Shown here piece by piece: positions 52,463 to 63,300 of a stretch of DNA of 64,000 bases (positions are counted from its first letter, which is position 1; the number at the start of each line of letters is the position of its first letter). Under the pieces are notes generated by a model, which saw only the letters and a list, made by a program, of their open reading frames with translations, made no database searches and had not been told where the DNA came from. This stretch comes from Candidatus Krumholzibacteriia bacterium. GTDB taxonomy: Bacteria > Krumholzibacteriota > Krumholzibacteriia > Krumholzibacteriales > Krumholzibacteriaceae. Both the position numbers and the translations under genes were made by a program. The stretch is taken from positions 1,376,001 to 1,440,000 of the forward strand of contig CAWIIQ010000001.1 in NCBI GenBank assembly GCA_963836185.1, in the 5' to 3' direction.

Positions 52463-52551
52463 GCAACGGGGAAAGCGATAAAGCGCTGACCTTTGAATAG
52501 ACAGAGCGCGGGGGCTGTATGCTCCTGCGCTTTTTTATGGAAGGAGACTCG

Positions 52552-53265
52552 ATGAGCACACGACCGGAGATCAGAAGGCTGTTGCTGAAAGTCAGCGGCG
52601 AGGTCTTCGGCAGCGAAGGGCACAGTATCGACATGGAAAAGGTCGATGATTTCGCTCGGGAGCTGATCGAGGCGCATGAGACCGGGATCGAGCTGGCCGT
52701 CGTGTCAGGAGGCGGAAACATCCTTCGAGGCGCCGTTCTCTGCACCGAGGGCGAGGACCGGGTCTCGTGCGACTATATGGGGATGATGGCCACTGTGATC
52801 AACGCCCTCGCGCTCCAGGGAGCGCTCGAGAGGGCAGGGGTGGAAGCTGTAGTGATGACGCCCTTTTCTCTCGAGGTAGCCGCGGAGAGATTTGTCCGCC
52901 GCCAGGCGCTGCGTCATCTTCGCGAGGGACGCATCGTCCTGATGGCAGGGGGCACGGGCAATCCGTATTTCACCACTGATTCAGCAGCAGCCCTCAGGGC
53001 TGCGGAGATAGGGGCAGACGCCCTTGTCAAGGGTACAAAGGTCGATGGTGTCTACGACAGCGACCCCAAGGTCAATGCCAATGCAACCAAACTGGATACA
53101 CTGACATACACGGATATCTTAAGGCAGGACCTTAAGGTGATGGATGCCACCGCGGTCGCTCTTTGCCGTGACAACGGCATACCGATCGTGGTATTCGATA
53201 TTCTCACCAAGGGGAACCTGAAACGAGTCATCGCCGGAGAGGCACTGGGTACTATCATACAGTGA
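52552..53265 (+). CDS. pyrH: UMP kinase
   Basis: LLKVSGE, GGGN, GTGNPYFTTD, DGVYD. Confidence 0.96.
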   Translation: MSTRPEIRRLLLKVSGEVFGSEGHSIDMEKVDDFARELIEAHETGIELAVVSGGGNILRGAVLCTEGEDRVSCDYMGMMATVINALALQGALERAGVEAVVMTPFSLEVAAERFVRRQALRHLREGRIVLMAGGTGNPYFTTDSAAALRAAEIGADALVKGTKVDGVYDSDPKVNANATKLDTLTYTDILRQDLKVMDATAVALCRDNGIPIVVFDILTKGNLKRVIAGEALGTIIQ

Positions 53266-53275
53266 GGAGGTAGTA

Positions 53276-53839
53276 ATGGATAATGTCGACGCGATCTTCG
53301 AGAATGCGGAAGCTCATATGAAGAAGTCGATCGCCATCGCCGAGGAGGAGCTGGCTGGTGTTCGTACGGGCAAGGCTTCAGCGAGCCTGCTCGACAGCAT
53401 CAAGGTCGATTATTACGGATCACCTGTTCCTCTGAAGCAGATAGCGAATATAGGCGTCCCTGACGCCAAGCTTATTACGGTCCAGCCGTGGGAGAAGCCG
53501 ATGGTCGGAGAAGTGGTCAAGGCGATCCAGCAATCGAACCTGGGGTTGAATCCTCAGAGCGACGGTAACCTGATCAGGATTCCGATCCCTCTGCTTACCG
53601 AAGAGCGAAGGCACGAGCTAGTCAAGTCGGTCAAGGGGATGATCGAAGAGGCCAAGGTCGCCGTCAGGAATGTCAGGCGGGACGCCAATGAGCACCTCAA
53701 AAAGCTCGAGAAGGACCACGTGATCTCCGAGGATGAACATCATCGCTACCACAAGGAGATACAGGTACTGACCGACGATTCGATCACGGTGCTCGACAAA
53801 GTGTCGGAAGCGAAGGAAAAGGAAATACTGGAATTCTAG
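53276..53839 (+). CDS. frr: Ribosome recycling factor
   Basis: RTGKAS, VDYYG, LTEERR, RNVRRD. Confidence 0.96.
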   Translation: MDNVDAIFENAEAHMKKSIAIAEEELAGVRTGKASASLLDSIKVDYYGSPVPLKQIANIGVPDAKLITVQPWEKPMVGEVVKAIQQSNLGLNPQSDGNLIRIPIPLLTEERRHELVKSVKGMIEEAKVAVRNVRRDANEHLKKLEKDHVISEDEHHRYHKEIQVLTDDSITVLDKVSEAKEKEILEF

Positions 53840-53855
53840 AGACGCGGTCATCCGC

Positions 53856-54611
53856 ATGGATATAGACAGGGAAATCGAACGTCTCAAGCTCGCTCCGGGC
53901 CTGCCGGTGCATATTGCTGTCATCATGGACGGCAACGGCAGGTGGGCGAAGAAACGGAATCTGCCGAGGATCGCCGGTCACAAGGCCGGACGGGAGTCGG
54001 TCCGTATCGCTGTGCGCACCTGCGCCCGCCTCGGGATCCCCGTCCTTTCCCTCTATACTTTCTCACTGGAGAACTGGCAGAGGCCCTCGAAGGAAGTAAA
54101 GGCGCTGATGCGATTTCTCGGAACGGTGCTGAAATCGGAGTACCTCGAGCTGAACGAGAACAACATACGCCTGCGTGCGATGGGACGTCTCGACATGCTT
54201 CCCGGGGATACGAGAAAGAGACTCGACGAGACGATAGATTCGCTCTCGTCGAATGACGGGATGATCCTTAATCTCTGCCTGAGTTACGGGGGACGGGCCG
54301 AGATAGTCGACGCGGCCAGGCGGATCGCGGGAGAAGTCGCAGGGGGCGGACTTGACCAGGAAGAGATCGACGAGGAGGAGTTCGCGAAATATCTCTATTC
54401 GCCCGAGATTCCCGATCCCGATCTTCTGATCCGCACATCGGGAGAGATGAGGATAAGCAATTTTCTCCTGTGGCAGCTTGCGTATACCGAGATAGTCGTT
54501 ACCGATGTGCTCTGGCCTGACTTTCGCGAGGCGGATATCTTCGCGGCGATCGACGATTATCTCGGACGCGAGAGAAGGTATGGAGATATCGGCGGCAGGA
54601 GAGGTAAATGA
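53856..54611 (+). CDS. uppS: Undecaprenyl diphosphate synthase
   Basis: HIAVIMDGNGRWA, FSLENW.RP, RTSGEMRISNFL. Confidence 0.96.
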   Translation: MDIDREIERLKLAPGLPVHIAVIMDGNGRWAKKRNLPRIAGHKAGRESVRIAVRTCARLGIPVLSLYTFSLENWQRPSKEVKALMRFLGTVLKSEYLELNENNIRLRAMGRLDMLPGDTRKRLDETIDSLSSNDGMILNLCLSYGGRAEIVDAARRIAGEVAGGGLDQEEIDEEEFAKYLYSPEIPDPDLLIRTSGEMRISNFLLWQLAYTEIVVTDVLWPDFREADIFAAIDDYLGRERRYGDIGGRRGK

Positions 54612-55468
54612 CGGACACACCAAAAAAGAAATCAAAAGGCAGCTCGCTGGGCGGGCGTCTGCTCGCCGCTGCCATTTTCCTGCCATGCTTCTTCATCATC
54701 GCTCACAGGGGAGGCATCTACTATCTGATACTGGTCGACCTGATCATCATCATAGGCCTTTTCGAGTTTTACAGGATGATGGAAGCGAAAGGTCTCAGGC
54801 CGTACAAATGGATAGGCGTTCTCAGCGGCGGGGCACTTCCTTGGTACCTTTTTCTCAAGCAGGGGATGTACGCGAACGTTCTGCTTACGCTGACCTTTAT
54901 GGCGGTCATGATCGCAGAACTTGTCCGCAGGGACAAGGGGCACGCCATATACCACATATCCGTTACGATATTCGGGGTACTTTATGTCGGGTGGCTCGGC
55001 AGCCATCTCATGCTGCTGCGTGAGCTGCCGATAATCGCCGGTCTTGATTACTCGGCCGGCTACACCTTTGTCATAATCGCGTTCGCGTTGACGTGGTCCT
55101 ACGATACAGGCGCCTATACATTTGGAAGGATGTTCGGAAGACGTAAGCTTCTCCCTTCGATCTCTCCCGGGAAAACAGTGGAGGGAGCTATCGGGGGTAC
55201 ATTTCTCTCGATAGCGGGAATACTCATCGTGCGCATGCTGATGGACACTCATCTCGGCTTTACCGAAGCGGTGGTACTGGCGATAGTTGCCTCGGTCATA
55301 GGACAGACAGGGGACCTCGTCGAGTCGATGATAAAGCGGGACGCGAAAATAAAGGATTCGGCCACTTCGATTCCGGGGCACGGCGGAATCCTCGACAGGT
55401 TCGATTCGCTTCTGTTTACCGCGCCGCTGATATACTACGCACTCAGATATTTTGTTCTGAAGGTCTGA
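54608..55468 (+). CDS. cdsA: Phosphatidate cytidylyltransferase
   Basis: ISPGKTVEG, GDLVES..KR, IPGHGGILDRFD. Confidence 0.95.
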   Translation: MTDTPKKKSKGSSLGGRLLAAAIFLPCFFIIAHRGGIYYLILVDLIIIIGLFEFYRMMEAKGLRPYKWIGVLSGGALPWYLFLKQGMYANVLLTLTFMAVMIAELVRRDKGHAIYHISVTIFGVLYVGWLGSHLMLLRELPIIAGLDYSAGYTFVIIAFALTWSYDTGAYTFGRMFGRRKLLPSISPGKTVEGAIGGTFLSIAGILIVRMLMDTHLGFTEAVVLAIVASVIGQTGDLVESMIKRDAKIKDSATSIPGHGGILDRFDSLLFTAPLIYYALRYFVLKV

Positions 55469-55469
55469 T

Positions 55470-56645
55470 ATGGAACACAGGCAGAAGAAAAAGATCGTCA
55501 TACTGGGCTCGACCGGATCTATCGGGAAGGCAGCGGTCGAGATAATCTCCAACGCACCGGATGACTTCGAGATCACCGGTCTTGCGGCTGGAAACAACAT
55601 AGGCGAACTCGGCCTCCAGCTGAGGGAGTTTTCCGGATCGAGGTTCGCTCTCAGAGATGAGGATGCCTTTGCGAGATTCCTGGCGGAGGACGGGGACCTG
55701 GCCGAACGGAGCACAGGTACCGGGCTGGAAGGGCTGATCGGCCTCCTGTCGGATCCGAAGCCTGACCTTGTCATCAATGCCCTTGTCGGTGTGGCCGGTC
55801 TCGTTCCTACAGTAAGAGCCCTCGAGGCAGGATGCGATGTGGCTCTTGCGAACAAGGAATCGCTCGTCACGGGCGGGGAGATCGTGGACCGCCTGATCCA
55901 GACCGGAAAGGCGAGGGTGATACCGGTAGACAGCGAGCATTTCTCACTTGCGAGATGTCTGAAGGGACACGAGGACGAGACGATAGAGATCATCCTTACA
56001 GCGTCAGGAGGGCCCTTCTTCGGCAGGGAACTTGCTGGACTCAGGGAGGTAACGGTCTCGCAGGTGCTGGACCATCCGACATGGAAGATGGGCAGGAAAG
56101 TGACGGTCGATTCGGCGCACCTGCTCAACAAGGGACTCGAAGTGATCGAGGCGCACTGGCTGTTCGGATTTGATTACGGGTCGATAGGCGTGGTGATTCA
56201 TCCTCAGTCCCGTGTGCACGGAATCACCAGGCTGAGGGATGGGTCGCTGATGGCGCATCTCGGACCGGCTGACATGAAGCTTCCGATCATCAGCTCCCTC
56301 TACCATCCGGGGATGGTGCAGTTTCCATGGGAGCAGTTGTCGCTGGAAGAACTCTCGAGGCTCGATTTTCATACATTCGAACCGCAGAAGTATCCGGCAT
56401 TCGCGCTCGCGATGGAGGCGGCCGCCAGCGGCGGAACAGCGCCGGCCGTACTGAATGCTGCTGACGAAGCAGCGGTCGAGGCGTTCCTTTCGGGGAGAAT
56501 AGGATTTCTTGATATTATCGACTGGATAGAACAGGCGCTCTCTGCGCATACTGTGTCTCCAGCTGCGACCGTCGAGGAAGTCCTCGCGGCGGACAGCTGG
56601 GCGCGCGAATACCTGAAGGAAAAACACGGCGGACCGGTCGCCTGA
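55470..56645 (+). CDS. dxr: 1-deoxy-D-xylulose-5-phosphate reductoisomerase
   Basis: GSTGSIG, LANKE, PVDSEH, TASGG, HPTW.MG, NKGLEVIE. Confidence 0.96.
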   Translation: MEHRQKKKIVILGSTGSIGKAAVEIISNAPDDFEITGLAAGNNIGELGLQLREFSGSRFALRDEDAFARFLAEDGDLAERSTGTGLEGLIGLLSDPKPDLVINALVGVAGLVPTVRALEAGCDVALANKESLVTGGEIVDRLIQTGKARVIPVDSEHFSLARCLKGHEDETIEIILTASGGPFFGRELAGLREVTVSQVLDHPTWKMGRKVTVDSAHLLNKGLEVIEAHWLFGFDYGSIGVVIHPQSRVHGITRLRDGSLMAHLGPADMKLPIISSLYHPGMVQFPWEQLSLEELSRLDFHTFEPQKYPAFALAMEAAASGGTAPAVLNAADEAAVEAFLSGRIGFLDIIDWIEQALSAHTVSPAATVEEVLAADSWAREYLKEKHGGPVA

Positions 56646-56658
56646 TCATGGAGGATAC

Positions 56659-58008
56659 ATGCTTCTGACATTAGCAGCGTTCGTTTTCGTACTGAGTATC
56701 GTCGTATTCGTGCATGAGGCAGGTCATTTCGTGGCCGCCAAGCTCAACGGTATATACGTTGTCACTTTTTCGATCGGCTTCGGCCCGAAGATCCTCAAGA
56801 AACGGATCGGCGAGACGGAATACGCGATCTCCGTGCTTCCATTCGGCGGATATGTGAAAATGGCCGGTGAGACGGAGAATGTGGACGGCGGAGAGGCCGA
56901 AAAAGACGGCAGACTCGACGATATCCCGGAAGACAGGTTTTACCGGAGCAAGACGCCGTGGCAGAGGATGTCAGTTGTCCTCGCCGGACCGTTCATGAAC
57001 GCGATACTGGCCCTGATCCTTTTTATTATGAGCGTCTGGATACAGGGTGTCTATGTCGCCAACCCGAGAGACATTATCGTCAATGTGACACCTGATTCAC
57101 CCGCCGAGGCCGCGGGGTTCATGCCGGGCGACGTCGTCCTGTCGATCAACGGCGAGCTTGTAGAAGCGGGCAAGGAGATATCCGATCTCATCACTTACGA
57201 TGAGGAAGCGATATCGAGATTCGTGGTCCTGAGGCTCACCGATACCCTCGAAATCGATGTGTCTCCGGCGTGGGACGAGGAAGAGGAAAGGCTGATCGTC
57301 GGGATATTCTCTTATTCGAGGCCTATGATCGGGGACGTTAAGCGTGACGGTCCGGCATACGATGCCGGGATGCGCGGCGGGGCTATGGTCATTTCGGTCA
57401 ACGATACGACAGTCAACACATACATAGAGCTCGAGCAGCTCGTCCATGACCGTCTAGATGTTCCACTGGATTTTGTATGGGTACAGGGCGGGGATACGAT
57501 GTCCGCCACTATCACACCCGAAGGGATGGACACGGCGAAAGAGGGGGAGAAGCTTGATATCATACAGGTCGGGGCCATCGGGATAAACGAGCACTACGAG
57601 AAGGAAAAGGTCAGCTTCGGGGAATCTGTCAAGCTGGGCGCCAGAGCATACAGAGAAATGTTTGTGGGGATAATGCAGTTCCTGAAGAAACTCGTAACGG
57701 GAAACGCGTCCATCAGGGCTGTCGGGGGACCATTGCGGGTAGGTGTCATGGCCGGCGAGATGGTCAGGTGGGGATTCAATTACCTGCTGTCATTCATCGC
57801 GTTCTTCTCGTTGAACCTCGCGATATTCAACCTGCTGCCGATTCTTCCATTCGACGGCGGGCATTTCGTTATTTTCCTGGTCGAGGGCATTACCGGCCGG
57901 AAACCATCCCCGAAGGTGGAAGAGGTGATGGGGCAGGTTGGATTCTTTATTCTGATTGCACTGATGGCGTTCATATTCGCCGTTGATATATTCAATCTTT
58001 TCGGGTGA
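56659..58008 (+). CDS. rseP: RIP metalloprotease RseP (two PDZ domains)
   Basis: HEAGH, GGYVKM, AGP..N, NLLP..PFDGG. Confidence 0.95.
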   Translation: MLLTLAAFVFVLSIVVFVHEAGHFVAAKLNGIYVVTFSIGFGPKILKKRIGETEYAISVLPFGGYVKMAGETENVDGGEAEKDGRLDDIPEDRFYRSKTPWQRMSVVLAGPFMNAILALILFIMSVWIQGVYVANPRDIIVNVTPDSPAEAAGFMPGDVVLSINGELVEAGKEISDLITYDEEAISRFVVLRLTDTLEIDVSPAWDEEEERLIVGIFSYSRPMIGDVKRDGPAYDAGMRGGAMVISVNDTTVNTYIELEQLVHDRLDVPLDFVWVQGGDTMSATITPEGMDTAKEGEKLDIIQVGAIGINEHYEKEKVSFGESVKLGARAYREMFVGIMQFLKKLVTGNASIRAVGGPLRVGVMAGEMVRWGFNYLLSFIAFFSLNLAIFNLLPILPFDGGHFVIFLVEGITGRKPSPKVEEVMGQVGFFILIALMAFIFAVDIFNLFG

Positions 58009-58018
58009 TTCGGGGGTC

Positions 58019-58369
58019 TCAGGGGCTCTTGTCGAACATAAGGTCATTAATGCGGGTATAGACCCCGAGCCATCTCTTCGGGTCCTTTTCCAGTACGGCG
58101 ATCGTCCGCCGGACCCTGGCCGTGTCCACGGACGCTTTCAACTCGTCCCATTTTCTGGCGCTGTCGGCCGGATTATCTTGGAGATTTCCCTCTAAATCGT
58201 TTATTTTCAAATAAAGTTGGACGAGATACCTTTCGTCAGGCGTGAGGTCTCTGGCCTTTTCCGAGCTGATGGTGTCGGGTTTTTCGCACCCTGCGGCAAG
58301 AAGAGCCGCTGCCGCCAGTAAAGAGGCGGTAAGCGCAAAGGTCCGTTTCTTCGCGCGCAGATATGACAT
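58019..58369 (-). CDS. Small hypothetical lipoprotein
   Basis: Basic N-terminus, hydrophobic stretch, lipobox LAAGC; fills the rseP-Omp85 gap. Confidence 0.65.
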   Translation of the reverse strand: MSYLRAKKRTFALTASLLAAAALLAAGCEKPDTISSEKARDLTPDERYLVQLYLKINDLEGNLQDNPADSARKWDELKASVDTARVRRTIAVLEKDPKRWLGVYTRINDLMFDKSP

Positions 58370-58409
58370 CCAGCCTTTCATCACCTGACGAAACTACACA
58401 CAGCAGAAG

Positions 58410-60341
58410 GTGTTGTCAATCGCAATGCCCGGGTTTTGTACAAGAGTGTCGATTCGCGCGGCTGCGGCAATAGCCATAGTCGCCATTCTGGCGGGGTATG
58501 CCTCGGCCGATGAGACCGACTTCGGCCTCGATCTGCCCGTGGTCAAGAGTATAGTTATCCTCGGTAACCGCAGTTTCGACGATGGTACGCTGAAGAAGCG
58601 TATGCGTACCAAAGAAAAGAAATTCTGGCACATATTCAGCAAGCCGAAGTTCAGGCGCGATTTTCTCAGGAGGGACCTCGAGGCTATCAGGTCTTTCTAT
58701 ATCAAGAACGGGTATTTCTCGGCCACGGTGGAACTCGACTCTCTCGAGAAGAACGAGGAAAAAAACCAGGTCAAGATACGTATCCTCGTAAACGAGGGGC
58801 CGCAGACTACGATCAGAAAGCTGTCTTTTTCGGAGCAGTCGCTTGTCAGTGAGAATGATCTTCGAAAGGGGCTCCAGCTGACAGAGGGTATCGCCTTCAA
58901 CGAAAACATCATGGGGATAGACCGCTTTACACTCTTCAGCAAGTTTTTTGAGTATGGAAACCTCGCGGCGACGGTGATCCCGGAAGTGACAGTCGATTCG
59001 ATCGAAGTCGACATCGCGTGGCAGATCGATCCCAAGATACCGGTAAAGATCGACAGCATCCGCGTTACTGGTCACTCGAAGGTAAGGGAATCTCTCGTTC
59101 GCAGGGAACTCGTCGTAGAAAAAGGGCAGTTCTTCAAGCTTTCCAAGGCGGTGGAGAGCAAGCAGAACCTCTATAACACAGGGTACTTCAACTCGGTGGA
59201 GATAGACCCCTACGGACTCGACCTGGAAAGCGGCGATGTCAACCTCGACGTACAGGTCCGAGAGAGGAAGATGGGGTATATAGAGGCAGGATTCGGCGTC
59301 GGCAATGTCCACGCGAACAGGATATTCGGAGAGTGGGGACAGCGCAATCTCTTCCGCAGAGGATATGCTCTGAACCTCAAGGCGGAATTCGGTTACAGGC
59401 TATTCAGGGAAAACAGGTACACCAAGGATAACTGGGATCCGACCAAACAGTTCGAGCTTTACGAGGGGGCGCTGATATTCCCCCACGTCTTCAAGACATG
59501 GAACACATTCGCGACGAGCGCTAATTACACGTACGACGCTACTGTCGAGCCGGCGATCGTCCGGCAGACGAGTGTCAGCCTCACTCTGGCGAGGAAATTC
59601 ACGAAGCTCTCAACGATGTATTTCTCATATTCATTCGAGAATATCAAACGTGAGAATGTCGAGGACGAGAGAGAAAACTCGAGAAGGCGGGCGCTCGACC
59701 TGAGTTTCAGGAAAGACACGAGAGATTTCTATTTCAACCCCACACGGGGGATGAATATGACGATCGCTACTAGGTTCGCGGGTGGTTTTCTGGGCGGGGA
59801 CGATGATTATTATTCGATCGTTCCGACCATACAGGAGTATAGAAAAGTGACGAGGCGGTCGGTCTTCGCCTACCGGTTCAGATTCGGGTTTGTAGAGCCT
59901 TTCGGCGATACGAGTATCACCGGTGTCCCTATAGAGGCGAGGTTCTTCACGGGAGGCGCGAACTCGGTAAGGGGATACAGGGAAAACGATGTCGGTCCGT
60001 TGGGCAGCACTGGAGAGCCGATAGGAGGCAACGTTCAGCTGCTTGGAAACGCGGAGTGGAGATACCCCCTGCCTTGGCTCGGGCAGTACAACTTCGGAGG
60101 TGTCTTCTTTCTGGACGCGGGAAATGTCTGGAGCGATATCGATGATATCTCAGGGAGCCAGTTCAAGATGTTCGTCGATTCAGAGGACGTCGACGTACTC
60201 GATTTCAAGTATGCGGTCGGATTCGGTCTGAGGTATTACACACCGGTCGGGCCGATCAGGCTCGATGTAGGTTATCCGGTCAAGCTCTACGAGAACCAGG
60301 AAAGCTACCGGATACACATCAGCCTGGGACAGATATTTTAG
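58410..60341 (+). CDS. Omp85 (BamA/TamA) family outer-membrane protein, about three POTRA domains
   Basis: POTRA Y.KNGY and NEGP motifs, GGANSVRGY lid loop, TPVGPIRLD, C-terminal GQIF. Confidence 0.9.
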   Translation: MLSIAMPGFCTRVSIRAAAAIAIVAILAGYASADETDFGLDLPVVKSIVILGNRSFDDGTLKKRMRTKEKKFWHIFSKPKFRRDFLRRDLEAIRSFYIKNGYFSATVELDSLEKNEEKNQVKIRILVNEGPQTTIRKLSFSEQSLVSENDLRKGLQLTEGIAFNENIMGIDRFTLFSKFFEYGNLAATVIPEVTVDSIEVDIAWQIDPKIPVKIDSIRVTGHSKVRESLVRRELVVEKGQFFKLSKAVESKQNLYNTGYFNSVEIDPYGLDLESGDVNLDVQVRERKMGYIEAGFGVGNVHANRIFGEWGQRNLFRRGYALNLKAEFGYRLFRENRYTKDNWDPTKQFELYEGALIFPHVFKTWNTFATSANYTYDATVEPAIVRQTSVSLTLARKFTKLSTMYFSYSFENIKRENVEDERENSRRRALDLSFRKDTRDFYFNPTRGMNMTIATRFAGGFLGGDDDYYSIVPTIQEYRKVTRRSVFAYRFRFGFVEPFGDTSITGVPIEARFFTGGANSVRGYRENDVGPLGSTGEPIGGNVQLLGNAEWRYPLPWLGQYNFGGVFFLDAGNVWSDIDDISGSQFKMFVDSEDVDVLDFKYAVGFGLRYYTPVGPIRLDVGYPVKLYENQESYRIHISLGQIF

Positions 60342-60360
60342 GGACCGGAGGAAAGTCTTG

Positions 60361-63300
60361 GTGAAGAGGATCATAAGGCACAAGGTGACGCATGGGATAT
60401 CGCTCGCTATCGGGCTGCTCCTGACGGCGTTTATCATGATGATAGTGATCTTCAAGACGGACTTCTTCGCCGACAGCGCGGGAGGGATGTTCTCACGCTA
60501 TCTCTTCAGCGGCACGGATTTTTCTCTCGAGATCGGAAAACTGTCCGGGAATCCCCTGAAACATATCGAGGTCCGTGATTTCCGCATCCGCTACCACGGT
60601 GAGGAGTTTTCATACGACATCGTAAGGATCGACAGGATAGAGCTTGAATACAGCACGGGATCGATCGTGTCAGGCACACCTAGTTTCAGCCTCGTGGAGC
60701 TTGACAGCCCTCATGTATGGATCAAGCCTGATTCGACGGGGATAAATATCATTCCACACATGGAGGGGGACGGTGGGGGCGACCTGCCCGTTTTCAGCGT
60801 GGACAGGTTCGTGCTGAGGGACGGACAGGTGATCTTCCAGAAAACGGAGAGGGCCGATGCCCTGAAGGATGTAGGGTTCGAGGGATCGGTCGGTTCGGAT
60901 GGAAAGATAGTACACATAGACCTGACCGGCGGCGGCGCGGAGGATATCAGGAGAGATATCTTCCTCAGGGATATTGCCGGATCGATAGAGTATGTCCACA
61001 AGAGAGACGATGCCCGTATCCCCGGCGGGGAGCCCGGCGAGATCTATCTGGACAGCCTGTTCATCGAACTCGATGAATCAGCTTTTGTCGCCGAGGGCAA
61101 TGTCGATCCCGATTCGATGATCTTCGATCTGCATCTGGATGCTTTCCCTCTAGACGTAGAGGAGGTCACCAAGCTCGCTGATGTAGAGACTTCACATTTC
61201 GGGGAATTGCAGGGTCCTGTCTATGTGAAGGGTACCCCGGAGAGGTTCTCCGTGGATGCCGTGCTCAACGGCATATTTTCCGGTTACGCGCTGCAGGATT
61301 TCAAGCTCGAGGGAGAATGGTTCCCGCCTCTGTTCAGGATCGATATGGGAGAGGGCAAGTTCAATGGGGCGCAAGTCGCCGGCAACGGATTTTATACATT
61401 CGAGGAGCCTCAGATGCTCCTCCTCGACATCGAGGCGAACGGACTCGATCTCTCACGGGGATTCTCCATGGACGCTTCCCTCCCCGATACCGATATAAAC
61501 GGCAAGGTCAGGCTGACCTATTACACCGATACATCACTGATGCTGTTTGACTGCGATCTCCGGGCGGGACATATCCGTGAATTTCCGTTCGAGACCGCGG
61601 TGGTCAACGGCTCCTACTGCCCCGACAGTCTAGGATTCGGCTACATAGCCGTAGATTCTCCGACGCACAGGATACGTTCACACGGTTCTCTCAATGCCAA
61701 CGACTTGAGGATGTATATAGACGTGACATGTGCCAGGGAGGACACGCTCTTCCGATATCTGGATATAGAAGACTACAGCGGCGACATCAGTATGAACCTC
61801 GTGATCGGAGGATCATTCGAAGAGTGGGAGCTTCGCGGGAACGGCAGTTTCTCGGATTTCAGGTACAACAGGGCTGTCGTGCCCGATGGAGAGATCAAGC
61901 TTGTCGTCAAGAAGGAGGAGTCATATGGCGTCCAGGTCGAGCTCACCGGCGACAGCTGCTGGATAGATCCTATAGGCTTCTCCGGGCTGGAAGTATCACT
62001 CGAATATTTCGATGACCTGACGACATTCAAGAGACTGTTTCTGACAAGGCCCGGATTCGAAGCCGATATGAGAGGCGAGGTCCGCAGCCCGGATGGAAAC
62101 ACCGAGATAGAGTTTTCCGATGTCCTGATAACCGCACTGGAGGAGGAGTGGAGAAGCAACGGTGAATTCACGGTCGGTTTCAGCGAGAGGGGCGTCGAGT
62201 TTGATGACCTGCAGCTTCATTCCAGGTCGGGAGCGCTTTATCTGGACTGCAGTATAGACGAGGCCGAGGACCTGATATCGGGTGTCTTTTCGTTCGAGAG
62301 GGCGGGAGCGTCATTGCTCAATGCTGCGGGCCTGCTCGAAACTCCGCTAAATGGGACTGCGAAAGGGACAGTCGCTCTCTCCGGATGCCTCTCTGATCCG
62401 GGAGTAGATATCGATATGACTCTTGTGGACAGTCAGTACGATACGATGCGTGTCGATACGATGCGGCTGCGGGCCGAATATGCGGAAGGATTATATACGA
62501 TCAGTGAATACAGGGTATCGTCTCCTCTCGGCGGGCTAGGATTGACCGGATGGCTCAAGGGATGCGCTATTCGCGAACTCCTCAGTGATGGTCGCGAGGC
62601 TTTGCGCGGATATACGATCGATCTGGAAGCTTCGTGCGAGGATCTATCTCTTGCTCCATTCCTCGGGTTCTCGAAGAATATCCCTTTTGAGACCGGATAC
62701 TTTACCGGCAGGGTCTCCGTCAGCGATTCGCTGATACATCCGACTGCCGCGATGACCGGCTCGGTCAGACATCTCTCGAGGAAAAACCTCTCAATACCGT
62801 TAGTAGACATCGAGGCCGGCCTCGATGGTGAGCTTGTCGATCTTTCGGGCGTAGTGAAGATCACCGATGATCACGTAGGGAATTTCGCGGGGAAGATACC
62901 CATCGTCGAGGAGGACTGGTTCTATTCTATCGACATGGAAGGCGACATATATCTCGAGATGCACCTGCCTCCCGGGCCGCTCGGGGATATCGTCGGCGTA
63001 TCCGATCTTGTGGCGGAGGCGAACGGGAAGTTTTCCGGCGGATTCAAGATCGAGGGCCCGATCACCGATCCTGTGATCCTCGGCGGGCTGAGACTCTCAA
63101 AGGCGGGATTCAGGCCGGCCGGTATGGAGGAGCGCTTCCGTGAAGTCGATGCCAACATACTTCTCGAAGATACTCTTATCACGATCCAGGAGCTCAAGGG
63201 AAAAGAAGGCCGGGACGGCTCGTTCTCGGGAAGCGGCAGGATTGGCCTTCTCGGCTGGCGCCCCGAGTCGTACAACATCGATCTGAAGGTAGACAAGTGT